Assembly: GCA_034722055.1 (NCBI GenBank)
Contig: JAYENL010000130.1
Coordinates: forward strand, 1-64,000
DNA: 64,000 nt
DNA from: Armatimonadota bacterium
Lineage (GTDB): Bacteria; Armatimonadota; Zipacnadia; Zipacnadales; UBA5352
Reading direction: 5' to 3'
Part shown: positions 1-10,126 of the stretch, in pieces
How the letters are laid out: every line of letters starts with the position of its first letter
How positions within the stretch are numbered: the first letter of the stretch is position 1
Made by a program: the position numbers and the translations under genes
The notes under the pieces: model-generated
The model's input: only the letters and a program-made list of their open reading frames with translations
Databases searched by the model: none
Told to the model about the DNA's origin: nothing

Positions 1-315
1 ATCAGCAGCGGTAGCGACTGACCGCGCAGGTTCCACCCCGGCCCACTGGAGACCTTCGGTCTCACGGGCTTCCAGCCCGACCATCAGCGCAGGCGCCCCC
101 GCCTGCGCGCCGTTCAGCCCCTGGGCAGAGCTATCTGCCGGGCCGGGGTGGAACCTGAGGCCTATTCGCTGGGAGACTTCTACGAAGTCTCAGTCACAGG
201 CCTCACCGGGCGCTGCGCGCCCGGCGGCCCCTCCACCGGACACGGTGGGTTCTTGAGGCAACCAAGGGGCGACTGTGCCCGTCGTCAAAGTACGCGGAAT
301 TGCGCAAGTGAGCAG
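1..315 (-). mobile_element. MITE-like structured repeat, copy 1 (truncated by window start)
   Basis: Reverse complement of 1-315 matches 26984-27299 at about 95% by eye; end CTGCTCACTTGCGCAATTCCGCGTAC flanked by TA at 316-317. Confidence 0.8.
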
Positions 316-409
316 TAGCATGCCAGCGGTCGCCTGGCGAAGCCGCCGGCCTGCACGTGGATCGCGGCCGGCAAGCGCGCGCCGCTGGCCATGGGCGTCG
401 GAGGCGGCG

Positions 410-1297
410 TCACGGACCGTTCGCGCTGTAGATCAGCAGCGCAGCGGTCAGCGCGTACACCGCGACGTTGGCCAGCAGCGGCCTGTCGGTCAGCAGCGTC
501 CGCTCGGGGGCGCCCCCCGCGCCCTGCCGATGCATGAGGTAGAAGTAGCGGAACAGCCCGTAGATGACGAAGGGGATGGTGTACATCAGCCGCGTGTCGC
601 CCATCTGCTGGACCGTGCGCTCGGAGATGGTGTAGAGGCAGTAGGACATCAGCGTGGCCGCGGCCACCACGGCAATAAGCTGGTCGAGCATCTCCACCGA
701 GTACTTCCCGAGGGTGCTGCGATGGCCGCGGGCGCCCTCGTCCAGCAGCAGGATCTCCCCCCGTCGCTTCCCCAGCCCCAGGAACAGCGCCAGCAGCAGC
801 GTGCAGATCAGCAGCCACGGCGAGATGACCACCTCAATGGCCTCCGCTCCGGCGACCGCCCGCAGCACGAACCCGCCGGCGATGGCGAATACGTCCAGGA
901 TCACCTTCTCCTTGAGGACGAACTGGTAGAGCATCTGGAGGCCGAAGTAGCCGGAGGTTGTGGACCCCAGCCCGACGTTGATGGCGAAGGACCCGCCGAT
1001 CCCCACTACCACCAGGACTGCGGCAGCGACACCGGCCGTCGTGGGCGAGAGGTCGCCGCTGGCGATGGGGCGGGTGCACTTCTCGGGGTGGTTCCGGTCC
1101 TCCTCAGCGTCGCGGATGTCGTTGATGAGGTAGACGGAGCTGGAGACCATGCAGAACAGCGCGAAGGCCTCCACCGCGGTCAGCACCGCCCACCGCTCGG
1201 TCATCATCCCCGCGAAGATGAGGGCGGCGAACACCAGCAGGTTCTTGGTCCACTGCCAGGGCCGCATGCAGCGAATCAGGGCTGCGACTGTGCGCAT
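410..1297 (-). CDS. UbiA-family prenyltransferase (decaprenyl-phosphate phosphoribosyltransferase-like)
   Basis: RPWQWTKN start, YLINDIRDAEEDRNHPEKCTRPIASG motif, multiple TM helices. Confidence 0.85.
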   Translation of the reverse strand: MRTVAALIRCMRPWQWTKNLLVFAALIFAGMMTERWAVLTAVEAFALFCMVSSSVYLINDIRDAEEDRNHPEKCTRPIASGDLSPTTAGVAAAVLVVVGIGGSFAINVGLGSTTSGYFGLQMLYQFVLKEKVILDVFAIAGGFVLRAVAGAEAIEVVISPWLLICTLLLALFLGLGKRRGEILLLDEGARGHRSTLGKYSVEMLDQLIAVVAAATLMSYCLYTISERTVQQMGDTRLMYTIPFVIYGLFRYFYLMHRQGAGGAPERTLLTDRPLLANVAVYALTAALLIYSANGP

Positions 1298-1412
1298 GAT
1301 TCTCTCCCGCTACTGTCGTGAATCATCTGCAGTCGGTTGTCGCAACGCACGCGGCGGTCGAACCAATGGCCGGAGCTCCATCACTGCCGAGTGTGCTGTC
1401 TGCCCGGCGTTT

Positions 1413-2882
1413 TCAGTCGCCGTCCCGCGGGCGCAGCAGCGGGAAGGCAAGGACCTCCCGCAGGTTCGGTGCGTCCAGCAGCAGCATCGCCAGCCGGTCC
1501 ACGCCCATGCCCATGCCCCCGGCCGGCGGCATGCCGTGCTCCAGCGCCCTCACGAAGTCCTCGTCCAGCGGAGGGGCCTCAGCGTCGCCGGCCTCCCGCG
1601 CCGCGGCCTGCTCCTCAAACCGCCGCCGCTGATCCAGGGGATCGTTCAGCTCGCTGAAGGCGTTCCCGATCTCCTCGGTGCCCGCGAACAGCTCGAAGCG
1701 GTACGCGGTGTCGGGACGCTCCCGCATCCGCTTGGCCAGCGGTGAGAGGCGCGTGGGATACTCCGTGACGAAGGTCGGCTGCACCAGCTCCGGCTGGACG
1801 TAGCGGTCGAAGCTCTTCTCCAGCAGCGTCCCCCACGAGTCCGCCTCGGTGTTCCCCAGGTCCAACTCCGCGCAGGCCTCGCGGGCCTGCTCGTCGGTCT
1901 GCAGAGCCGCGAAGTCCACGCCGGTTGCCTCCTCCACCGCATGCAGCAGCTTCACGCGGCGGAAGGGCGGCGTGACATCGACCTCGTGCTCGCGGTAGGT
2001 GAAGCTGGTGCCCCCGCAGACCGCCTCCGCCAGCTCCACCACCAGGCCCTGCATCAGCTCCATCATGTCCTCCCAGTCGGCGTAGGCCTGGTAGGCCTCC
2101 AGCATCGTGAACTCGGGGTTGTGGCGCGCGTCCACGCCCTCGTTGCGGAAGCACGGCCCGATCTCATAGACCCTCTCGAAGCCCCCTACCAGCAGGCGCT
2201 TGAGATACAGCTCCGGCGCGATGCGCAGGTACAGTGTCATGTCCAGCGTGTTGTGATAGGTCGTGAAGGGCCGGGCGTGCGCGCCGCCGTAGATGGGCTG
2301 CAGAACCGGGGTCTGGAACTCCGTGTAGCCCCGCTCGGACATGGCCTGGCGAAGCCGCGCCACCATGTGCGAGCGCTTCTGAAGCATCTCGCGGGCATCG
2401 GGGTTGACAATCAGGTCCAGGTAGCGCTGGCGGTAGCGCAGCTCCGGGTCCTGGAGGCCGTGGAACTTCTCCGGCAGCGGCCGCAGGGACTTGGCGAGCA
2501 CCTCGAACTGGCTCGCCTCCACGCTCACCTCGCCGGTCCGGGTCCTCATGAGCGTGCCGCGGGCGCCGACGATATCGCCGATGTCCAGCTCCACGAACTC
2601 GGCCAGGCGCTGCTCGCCGAGGGTGTTCTGGCGCATGAAGAGCTGCACGCCGCCGGAGGCGTCCATCAGGTCCGCGAAGGCCGACCTGCCATGCTCGCGC
2701 AGCGCCGTCAGCCGCCCGGCCACCGCCACCGTCTCGCCCTCAAGCTCATCGAAGCGCCGCTGCAACTCCCCGGCGCGGTGAGTGCGCTCATACCCGGTCG
2801 CCGCAAAGGGGTCGATCCCCTCCTCGCGCATGGCCTCCAGCTTCCGGAGGCGCACCTCACGCTGGCCCGTCTGGTCGCTCAT
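1413..2882 (-). CDS. lysS: Lysine--tRNA ligase (class II)
   Basis: YRQRYLDL, GGAHARPF, YLRIAPELYLKRL, FRNEG..HNPEFT, GMGVDRL motifs. Confidence 0.98.
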   Translation of the reverse strand: MSDQTGQREVRLRKLEAMREEGIDPFAATGYERTHRAGELQRRFDELEGETVAVAGRLTALREHGRSAFADLMDASGGVQLFMRQNTLGEQRLAEFVELDIGDIVGARGTLMRTRTGEVSVEASQFEVLAKSLRPLPEKFHGLQDPELRYRQRYLDLIVNPDAREMLQKRSHMVARLRQAMSERGYTEFQTPVLQPIYGGAHARPFTTYHNTLDMTLYLRIAPELYLKRLLVGGFERVYEIGPCFRNEGVDARHNPEFTMLEAYQAYADWEDMMELMQGLVVELAEAVCGGTSFTYREHEVDVTPPFRRVKLLHAVEEATGVDFAALQTDEQAREACAELDLGNTEADSWGTLLEKSFDRYVQPELVQPTFVTEYPTRLSPLAKRMRERPDTAYRFELFAGTEEIGNAFSELNDPLDQRRRFEEQAAAREAGDAEAPPLDEDFVRALEHGMPPAGGMGMGVDRLAMLLLDAPNLREVLAFPLLRPRDGD

Positions 2883-2916
2883 CGTCTCCTACCTTTCGTC
2901 GGAGGAGAGGCATCGG

Positions 2917-3999
2917 TCACCCCGGGGCGGCGGCGCGCTGAGCGGCCCGCTGTCTGATCCGCTCGATGTCGCTCTCCTCCACGGTGCGCTCGAAGCTCCG
3001 GAAGCCGGCCAGCTCGAAGCCGTGCTTCTCCGCCAGACCCGCGATCTCCCGGACCCTGGACAGCTCCAGGCGCTTGCCCAGGGAGTAGCTCTCCGCCCGA
3101 TCCTCCAGCGCCAGGACCATGGTCTCGGCCATGCAGGCGTATGCCGTGCGCGGCGGAAAGCCGAAGTTGAAGTTGAAGTGCACGTCGCCCGGCACGCTCA
3201 CCGCGCCCCCCTCGATCACCAGCACGTCGTCGCGCTCGTCGGCGACGCGCGTGGAGACGTCCCGCGGCCTGGCGACGTCACACACCACCGAGCCCGGCCG
3301 CAGCATCTCCGGCTCGACGACCGCCTCCAGGGCGCTGGTAACTGTGACTATCAGGTCGGCCTGAGGCAGGGCCTCGGCGCCGGTGGTGCTCACCGCCACC
3401 TCCGCCGGCGCTGCGGCCAGCTCCGCCGCCACCTCCTCCAGCGCCTCCCGGCGGCGTCCCACCAGCAGGAGCCGGGCCACCTCCTCGGCCAGCAGATGCG
3501 CGCAGACGCGACCGATGGAGCCCGTGGCGCCCATCACAGCGGCGACGGCCCCGGCGGGCTCGATCCCCATCAGCCTGCCGGCCTTCACCGTGCCCTCAAC
3601 GGCGGTCGCCACCGTGTAGCTGTTGCCGGTGGTGACCGCGATGTCAACCTCCTCGGCCACCTCCCGGCCGGCGCCCCCCACGATGGCGGTGTAGGCTCCC
3701 AGGCCCACGATCTCCGCACCCAACTCCTCCGCCACCCGCGCGGACTCGATGACCTTGGCGACGACTCGCTCGGCCGGCCACTCCAGGAGCTGCCGCGAGG
3801 TCAGGGGGCAGCCCACGAACCATCCCGTCGTCTCGGCGCCGGTGGCCGAGCGCACGCCGGTGATCTCGCTGACGCTCTTCGCGGGCGTCCGCGCAATGGC
3901 GATCTCCACCAGACGGTCGGGCAGGTGCCGCGTGAAGGGGTACTTGCGCGCCACATCTGCGGCCGTCAGGGGGTGCACGACGAAGGCGAAGCGGGTCAC
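2917..3999 (-). CDS. Predicted NAD(P)-dependent dehydrogenase/reductase (COG5322-like, acyl-ACP reductase-related)
   Basis: FAFVVHP N-terminus, VTTGNSYT, GATGSIG Rossmann motif, CDVARPRDV, YACMAET. Confidence 0.75.
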   Translation of the reverse strand: MTRFAFVVHPLTAADVARKYPFTRHLPDRLVEIAIARTPAKSVSEITGVRSATGAETTGWFVGCPLTSRQLLEWPAERVVAKVIESARVAEELGAEIVGLGAYTAIVGGAGREVAEEVDIAVTTGNSYTVATAVEGTVKAGRLMGIEPAGAVAAVMGATGSIGRVCAHLLAEEVARLLLVGRRREALEEVAAELAAAPAEVAVSTTGAEALPQADLIVTVTSALEAVVEPEMLRPGSVVCDVARPRDVSTRVADERDDVLVIEGGAVSVPGDVHFNFNFGFPPRTAYACMAETMVLALEDRAESYSLGKRLELSRVREIAGLAEKHGFELAGFRSFERTVEESDIERIRQRAAQRAAAPG

Positions 4000-4922
4000 G
4001 GGCTCATCTCCTCAGCGGCTCCTCTCAGATCCCGCACGGTCGGCTGCCAGCCGATCTGGTCGGCCACACGCTGATAGTCCTCCGGGCCCAGCTCCTGCGG
4101 CGGCCGACCGAGCAGGCACACGAAGACGCCCTCCATGACATTCGTGGCGTAGGACCGTCCCTCGATCACCGGGGTGCTCGTAATCAGCAGCGCAACGCCC
4201 CGGCTGCGCAGCTCCCTGACGTCCTCCTGGGTGGTGCTGTTGGTTATCACGATCTTTCCCGGCAGGCTCTCGGGCAGGTGCCGCCGGATGACCAGGAAGT
4301 CGCCCACGATCACATCCGCCCAGTGGTACCAGCGACGGTACTTGGGCACGATCTGGTCCTGCTTCCCGCCGGTCGGATAGAGCCAGCGGAAGGGCAGGTT
4401 CACGATCAGCGGCAGCAGCACCCGGCCCAGCAGGTGCAGCCACCGCAGTGACGGCAGCGCGATGGGCAGGCCGACGTTGAACATCAGATCGCCCAGGACC
4501 AGGTTGGCGCCCATCTCGTCGAGCGTCTCCGCCATCCCGAAGCGGTCCACGGCGCAGGCGACCAGCACCTTGGCGCTGAGCAGGTCCACGATGCCCTCAT
4601 CCTGCAGCCACCGCACAGTCTGCCGCTCCAGCGAGTTCTTCAGCCCCCCGCCGTCCACCAGCGGCGTCTGCGTCACATTGCGCGTCAGGCGCGCGATCTC
4701 CCGGAATGGGTAGAAGCGGCCGGCGCAGTGCAGCCCCAGGTTGGTGCCGCCCACGCACAGGCAGTCCACGACGCCGTCGTTGGCCGTCAGCAGCCGCTCG
4801 AAGCGCTCCAGCGAGCCGTCCGTGCCTCTGCGTTCCAGCAGGAACCGCTCGCCGAGCAGCTCCACCTCCGCGGAGCTGTCGCGTTTCGACGAGCCCAGGC
4901 TGATGCTCAGCACGTGCTTCAT
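3996..4922 (-). CDS. Conserved protein usually paired with the COG5322 gene (often loosely labelled quinate 5-dehydrogenase)
   Basis: SISLGSSKRD, RRGTDG, VDGGGLKNSLE, GRSYATNVME; 4-nt overlap with next gene. Confidence 0.65.
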   Translation of the reverse strand: MKHVLSISLGSSKRDSSAEVELLGERFLLERRGTDGSLERFERLLTANDGVVDCLCVGGTNLGLHCAGRFYPFREIARLTRNVTQTPLVDGGGLKNSLERQTVRWLQDEGIVDLLSAKVLVACAVDRFGMAETLDEMGANLVLGDLMFNVGLPIALPSLRWLHLLGRVLLPLIVNLPFRWLYPTGGKQDQIVPKYRRWYHWADVIVGDFLVIRRHLPESLPGKIVITNSTTQEDVRELRSRGVALLITSTPVIEGRSYATNVMEGVFVCLLGRPPQELGPEDYQRVADQIGWQPTVRDLRGAAEEMSP

Positions 4923-4934
4923 GGTCGGTCCCCG

Positions 4935-5990
4935 TCAGGTCGGCCCGGCGCACACGCTCTCGCCCACGAGCCTGCCATCGCCCGCCTGCAGTGCGGCGAC
5001 GTAGTCCTCCACCAGCTCTCGCAGCTCACCCAGCGTTGAGATCCGATTGACCTGCCGGCGGAAGTGACTGGCGCTGGGCAGACCCGCGACATAGTGGTGC
5101 ATCTGCGTGCGCATCTGGTGGAGGGCGATGCGCTGCTCCAGGTCCTGCACCAGCATCTGCGCGTGCAGCAGGGCCACGCCCAGCCGCCCGGCCACGTCGG
5201 GCTCGGGCGGGACCGGTTCGCCCCGCAGCGCCGCGGCGGCGCGCGAGAAGACCCACGGCCTCCCCCACGCCCCCCGCGCCATCATAACCGCCTGACAGCC
5301 GGTCTGTCGCATCATCCCCGCGGCGTCCGCGGGCGCAATGACGTCGCCGTTGCCGATCACCGGCACGTCCAGGGCGTCCACCAGCCGCCCGATGTGCGAC
5401 CAGTCGGCTCGACCGCCAAAGCCCTGGCAGGCCGGCCGGGCGTGGATGGACACCGCCACGGCGCCGGCGTCCTGGAGGCGCCGGGCGGTCGCCGGGTAGC
5501 TGTCATCGTCCTCGGTCAGGCCGGCGCGCATCTTGACGGTGACCGGGACGCTGGCCGCCTGTGCGGCCGCGGCCGTGACGGTCGCGGCCCGCTCCGGCTC
5601 GGCCAGCAGCGCCGCGCCCGCACCGCTGCGCCGGACCTTGGGCACCGAGCAGCCCATGTTGATGTCGATCAGGTCCGCCCCGGCCTCCTCAGCCGCGGGC
5701 ACGGCGTCGGCCATGACCCCCGGCTCGGAGCCGAAGAGCTGCATGGAGACCGGATGCTCGTCCTCGAAGACGCGCATCATGCGGAGGGTGCGCTGGTTGT
5801 CCCGCACGATGGCGTTGATCGAGATCATCTCGGAGCAGACCAGCCCCGCACCACCGCGGCGGCACAGCAGGCGGTAGGCGCGCCCGGTGGTGCCCGCCAT
5901 CGGCCCCAGCACCAGCGGCGGATCGACCGTCACACCGCCGATCCGCATCGGCCGGGCCGGCGCCACGGGCCCATCACCGCCGCTCGTCAA
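4935..5990 (-). CDS. dusB: tRNA-dihydrouridine synthase (start may be ATG 5948)
   Basis: LGPMAG, QLFGS, IDINMGC, GAALL, TVKMR, IGNGDV motifs. Confidence 0.9.
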   Translation of the reverse strand: MTSGGDGPVAPARPMRIGGVTVDPPLVLGPMAGTTGRAYRLLCRRGGAGLVCSEMISINAIVRDNQRTLRMMRVFEDEHPVSMQLFGSEPGVMADAVPAAEEAGADLIDINMGCSVPKVRRSGAGAALLAEPERAATVTAAAAQAASVPVTVKMRAGLTEDDDSYPATARRLQDAGAVAVSIHARPACQGFGGRADWSHIGRLVDALDVPVIGNGDVIAPADAAGMMRQTGCQAVMMARGAWGRPWVFSRAAAALRGEPVPPEPDVAGRLGVALLHAQMLVQDLEQRIALHQMRTQMHHYVAGLPSASHFRRQVNRISTLGELRELVEDYVAALQAGDGRLVGESVCAGPT

Positions 5991-6765
5991 CGGCCCTCAG
6001 CCCCTCCAGGATCAGCAGCGGCTCCTCGTGATCGAAGCCCACGCCCGCCGCCCGCGCGGCAGGCAGGTCGCCGCCGGTGGCGATGACCGGCGCCGGTGCG
6101 GGCGTGACCTCGCCCATGGCCTCCACCAGCGCCTCCACGGTGCCCCGCAGCGAGGCTGCCAGGCCCAGCGTCAGGTTCTCGATCGTGGAGTGGCCCGCCC
6201 CGGGGATGGCGCGTCCTGCCCGGAGGTTCGCCAGCGCGTGCTCTACGGGCTCCCGCAGGTGCGGAACCGCGGCCTCGATGCCCGCCGCCTGGGCCTCCAT
6301 CCCAGCGGCGATCGCTCCGCCGACGACTCGGCCGGACCTGTCCAGCGCCTGGGCGGTGATGCAGGTGCCCAGGGTGATGACCACCGCCGGCGCCCCGTGC
6401 AGTGCCAGCGCGCCCTCAGCCGCCGCCAGCCGGTCCTGGCCGAACTCGGCCGGATCGTAGTATCCGACCTCCACCCGCGCCTGCAGATCCCGGCCCATCA
6501 GCGCCACCTCCGCCCCGGTGGCCTCCGCCAGCGCCGCCACCATCTCGTCCGCCACGGAGGGCCTGCTGCTCACCAGCGCCACGCGCAGGCAATCCGATGG
6601 CGCCAGCCCGGCCGACTCGAGCGTCTCCCGGACCACCGCTGACCCGGCGGTGAGCTCCTCGACACCCACGCGCCCCTCGGCGATCCAGTCGTCGCCATCG
6701 TGCGCCGCCCAGTTGAGGGCGGTGTTGCCCACGTCCGCATACACTCGCCACTGTTCGGAGTTCAT
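5974..6765 (-). CDS. coaX: Type III pantothenate kinase
   Basis: DVGNT, FGQDR, LGTCIT, GGAI, ATGG motifs; ATG 6765 overlaps upstream stop. Confidence 0.85.
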   Translation of the reverse strand: MNSEQWRVYADVGNTALNWAAHDGDDWIAEGRVGVEELTAGSAVVRETLESAGLAPSDCLRVALVSSRPSVADEMVAALAEATGAEVALMGRDLQARVEVGYYDPAEFGQDRLAAAEGALALHGAPAVVITLGTCITAQALDRSGRVVGGAIAAGMEAQAAGIEAAVPHLREPVEHALANLRAGRAIPGAGHSTIENLTLGLAASLRGTVEALVEAMGEVTPAPAPVIATGGDLPAARAAGVGFDHEEPLLILEGLRAVDERR

Positions 6766-7487
6766 GTCATCTCCATGAGCTGCGCCGCGAAGCGATTGTG
6801 GCCCACCTCGTCCCGCTGGGCCCTGATGACCGTGGCCGTGCGCCCATGATGCCCGGCGTGTGAGACCAGCGTCGGCCGCGATCCCACCAGATGATCGCCC
6901 TGACTGTGGCTGTGCCCGCCCAGGATCAGGTCGATCTCCGGGCACAGCTCCGCCAGCGCCAGATCGTCCTCCGCCCCGCGGTGGCTCAGCGCCACCAGCC
7001 ACTCGACCTCGCCCCGCAGGGCCTCGACGGCCTCGCGGGCGGCCCTTCGCCAGTCCACGAACCGCAGGTCCGAGAAGCGCTCCCAGAAGCTGCCGGGCTC
7101 GATCATCGTCGGCGCCAGCCCGAACGCGCCCACAGCTAGGTCGTCACGCTTCAGAACCGCCCAGCGCCGAATATGTCCCATCCCGCCCTCACGGGGCAGC
7201 ACGTTGGCGCACAGCACCGGAAAGCGCGCCTGGCGAGTCTTGTACACCATCCCGCGCTTGCGGGGGAAGTACTCCCGGTTGCCCACCGCCATGGCGTCGT
7301 AGCCGGCGGCGTTCATCAGCTCCAGCACGGGCTCGGACGGCCGCACGTAGAGGTTCCCGGCAGCGATGGCGTCGCCGCTGTCGAGCAGTAGCCCGCCCCC
7401 TTCCTCGCGCATGAAGCTCAGCGCCTCGGCACGCGCGTCGTCCAGGCGGTTGTGCAGATCGGACGTATGAACGATCGTCAGAGCCAT
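6762..7487 (-). CDS. Calcineurin-like metallophosphoesterase (5'-nucleotidase N-domain type)
   Basis: HTSDLH, DSGD, GNRE, LSH, ILGGHSH motifs. Confidence 0.85.
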   Translation of the reverse strand: MALTIVHTSDLHNRLDDARAEALSFMREEGGGLLLDSGDAIAAGNLYVRPSEPVLELMNAAGYDAMAVGNREYFPRKRGMVYKTRQARFPVLCANVLPREGGMGHIRRWAVLKRDDLAVGAFGLAPTMIEPGSFWERFSDLRFVDWRRAAREAVEALRGEVEWLVALSHRGAEDDLALAELCPEIDLILGGHSHSQGDHLVGSRPTLVSHAGHHGRTATVIRAQRDEVGHNRFAAQLMEMT

Positions 7488-7495
7488 CGCTGCCG

Positions 7496-8491
7496 TCAGA
7501 CCAGCCCGGCCTTCGTGAGGTCCTGGATGTCGAGCATCCCCACCGCGCGACCCTGGCCATCGACCACCGGCATGTTGTCGAACTCCCGCTGGTCCATGAG
7601 GTTCAAAGCCTCGATGGCCATGGTGCCCACGCGCACCACGGTGGGGGTGGTGGTCATGACGTCCGCGATGGGCCCGCGCATGACGGCATCACGGTCGGTC
7701 TCCCTCTGCATCACGCGGCGGAAGTCCCCGTCGGTGAACAGCCCGCGCAGCGTGCCGTCGTCATCGATGATGGACACCGCTCCGCGCACGGCGGCGTTGG
7801 TCATGGTCAGCAGCGCCTCTTCCACGGTGGCGTCGAGGCCCACGACCGGGTTGTCGTCGCCGCCGTGCATGAGGTCCTCGACCCTCAGCAACACGCGCTT
7901 GCCGAGCTGCCCGCCGGGGTGGGTCTGCCCGAAGTCCTCCGCCGAAAAGCCCCTGGCGCGCATCAGGGCCATGGCCAGGGCGTCGCCGAGAGCCTGCTCG
8001 GCGATGGCGCTGGAGGTTGGCACCAGGTTCAGGGGGCAGGCCTCGCGCTCCACGGAGGCGTCGAGAAGCACGTCGGCGGCCCGCCCCACGGTGGAGTCGG
8101 CCTCCCCGCAGATGGCGATGATCTCCGCCCCCCGGCGCTTGATGATGGGCAGCAGCCGCACCAGCTCCTCCGTCTCCCCGGAGTTGGTGATGAGGATGGC
8201 GGTGTCCTCGTCGTTGACCATCCCCAGGTCGCCGTGCACGGCCTCGGCGGCGTGCATGAAGTAGGCCGGCGTCCCGGTGCTGGCGAGCGTGGCGGCCAGC
8301 TTCCGGCCTACCGCCCCGGACTTGCCGATGCCGCAGACGATGGCGCGTCCGCGCATGGCAAGCAGCAGCTCCACCGCCCGCACGAGGCGCTCGTCGAGCC
8401 GGTCCCGGACGCACTCGATGGCCCGGCTCTCGATGTCGAGCGTCTCACGCGCCTGCTGCAGTACCGCCTCGGCGTCGATCATCGGGGTCAT
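7496..8491 (-). CDS. kdsD: Arabinose-5-phosphate isomerase (SIS + CBS)
   Basis: GIGKSG, EAVHGDLG, SGETEE, HPGG, C-terminal CBS pair. Confidence 0.93.
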   Translation of the reverse strand: MTPMIDAEAVLQQARETLDIESRAIECVRDRLDERLVRAVELLLAMRGRAIVCGIGKSGAVGRKLAATLASTGTPAYFMHAAEAVHGDLGMVNDEDTAILITNSGETEELVRLLPIIKRRGAEIIAICGEADSTVGRAADVLLDASVEREACPLNLVPTSSAIAEQALGDALAMALMRARGFSAEDFGQTHPGGQLGKRVLLRVEDLMHGGDDNPVVGLDATVEEALLTMTNAAVRGAVSIIDDDGTLRGLFTDGDFRRVMQRETDRDAVMRGPIADVMTTTPTVVRVGTMAIEALNLMDQREFDNMPVVDGQGRAVGMLDIQDLTKAGLV

Positions 8492-8495
8492 TGCC

Positions 8496-9329
8496 TCAGA
8501 TGGCGTGTACGGCCCGCCGGACCGCCAGGAGCGTCTCGAGGACCTCCCGCACCTCCGCCAGCGGGATCATGTTGGGCCCATCGCAGGGCGCTGTCTCCGG
8601 CGCCGGGTGCACCTCCATGAAGATGGCATCTACGCCCACCGCCACCGCCGCCCGCGCCAGCGGCGCCGCGAACTGCCGCTGCCCGCCCGACTCCCCGCAC
8701 CCCCCGCCGGGAAGCTGCACCGAGTGCGTGCAGTCGAAGACCACCGGATGCCCGAAGCCCCGCATGATCACCAGCCCGCGCATGTCCACCACCAGATTGT
8801 GATAGCCGAAGGTGGACCCCCGCTCGGTGACCATCACCTGCTGATTGCCCGTGGACGTCACCTTGGCGATGGCATGCTCCATGTCCTCCGGCGCCATGAA
8901 CTGGCCCTTCTTGATGTTCACCGGCAGCTCCGTCTCCCCGGCGGCCACCAGCAGATCCGTCTGCCGGCACAGGAAGGCCGGAATCTGCAGCGCGTCCAGG
9001 GCCTGCATGGCCATGGGCACCTGCAGAGTCTCGTGCACGTCAGAGAGCACCGGCACCCCCAGCTCGTCGCGGAGCCTCGCCAGCAGCTCCAGGCCCTCCT
9101 GCCAGCCCGGGCCGCGCTCGGAGTCGATGGAGGTGCGATTCGCCTTGTCGTAGGAGGCCTTGAAGACGAAGGGCGCCCCCAGGTCGGCGCACAGCTCCGC
9201 CAGGTCCCCGGCGATATGCTCGGTGGTGTCGTAATCCTCCGCCAGGCAGGGCCCGGCGATGACGGCCAGGTCGCGCTGTCCGATGACGCAGTCCGGCTCC
9301 CGGATGGTGATGGACCTCACGTCACGCAT
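8496..9329 (-). CDS. kdsA: KDO-8-phosphate synthase
   Basis: IAGPC, KASYDKANRTS, QIPAFLCRQTDLL, KKGQF, ERG, DCTHSVQ. Confidence 0.96.
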   Translation of the reverse strand: MRDVRSITIREPDCVIGQRDLAVIAGPCLAEDYDTTEHIAGDLAELCADLGAPFVFKASYDKANRTSIDSERGPGWQEGLELLARLRDELGVPVLSDVHETLQVPMAMQALDALQIPAFLCRQTDLLVAAGETELPVNIKKGQFMAPEDMEHAIAKVTSTGNQQVMVTERGSTFGYHNLVVDMRGLVIMRGFGHPVVFDCTHSVQLPGGGCGESGGQRQFAAPLARAAVAVGVDAIFMEVHPAPETAPCDGPNMIPLAEVREVLETLLAVRRAVHAI

Positions 9330-10110
9330 GTGTCTCTTCCCTCGCAAGCAGCTCCCGCACCCGCGCCAGGTCCTCCGGGGTGTCCACGCCGATGGGGGAG
9401 TAGTCCACCTGCACCACGCGAATGCGCCGGCCGGCCTCCAGCACCCGAAGCTGCTCCAACTTCTCCGTCCGCTCCAGCAGCGACGGCCGCTGCCGGGAGT
9501 ACCACAGGAGCATCTCCCGGCGGTAGACATACAGCCCGATGTGCTTGAGGGGCATCAGGCCCGAGTCCGGGTGCCGCCGTGGCGCGTCGGGCTGCTGGGC
9601 GCCGGGTTCGAGGCGGAAGTGTGGGATGGGCGAGCGGGAGAAGTAGAGCGCCCAGCCGTCGGCGTCGGTCACCACCTTCACGGTCGCCGGATCCAGGTGC
9701 TCCTGCAGTGTCTCGATGGGCGTAGCAATGGTGCCCATCTGCAACTGCGGGTCGTCCAGGAAGGGCTGCACGGCGGCGTCGATGGCCTCCGGCGCAATCA
9801 TGGGCTCATCGCCCTGCACGTTGCAGATGACGTCGCAGTCGCGCCGGCCGGCCACCTCCGCCAGCCGGTCGGTGCCGGAGCGATGCTCGGGGCTGGTCAT
9901 CTCCACCCGGCCGCCGAACGCCTCTACCGCCTGCCGCACTCGCTCGTCGTCGGTGGCCACCAGCACCTCATCGAGCAGCTCCGCCCCGCAGCAGCGCTCG
10001 TAGACGCGCTGAATCATGGGCTTGCCGGCCAGGTCCAGGAGGACCTTGCCGGGCAGGCGCGTGGACTTGTAGCGCGCCGGGATCATGCCAATGACGGACG
10101 CAGCGGACAT
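9322..10110 (-). CDS. kdsB: CMP-KDO synthetase
   Basis: IPARYKSTRLPGK, SGTDR, NVQGDEP, YFSR, EKLEQLR. Confidence 0.96.
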   Translation of the reverse strand: MSAASVIGMIPARYKSTRLPGKVLLDLAGKPMIQRVYERCCGAELLDEVLVATDDERVRQAVEAFGGRVEMTSPEHRSGTDRLAEVAGRRDCDVICNVQGDEPMIAPEAIDAAVQPFLDDPQLQMGTIATPIETLQEHLDPATVKVVTDADGWALYFSRSPIPHFRLEPGAQQPDAPRRHPDSGLMPLKHIGLYVYRREMLLWYSRQRPSLLERTEKLEQLRVLEAGRRIRVVQVDYSPIGVDTPEDLARVRELLAREETHA

Positions 10111-10126
10111 CGGCGACCTCCAGGTC

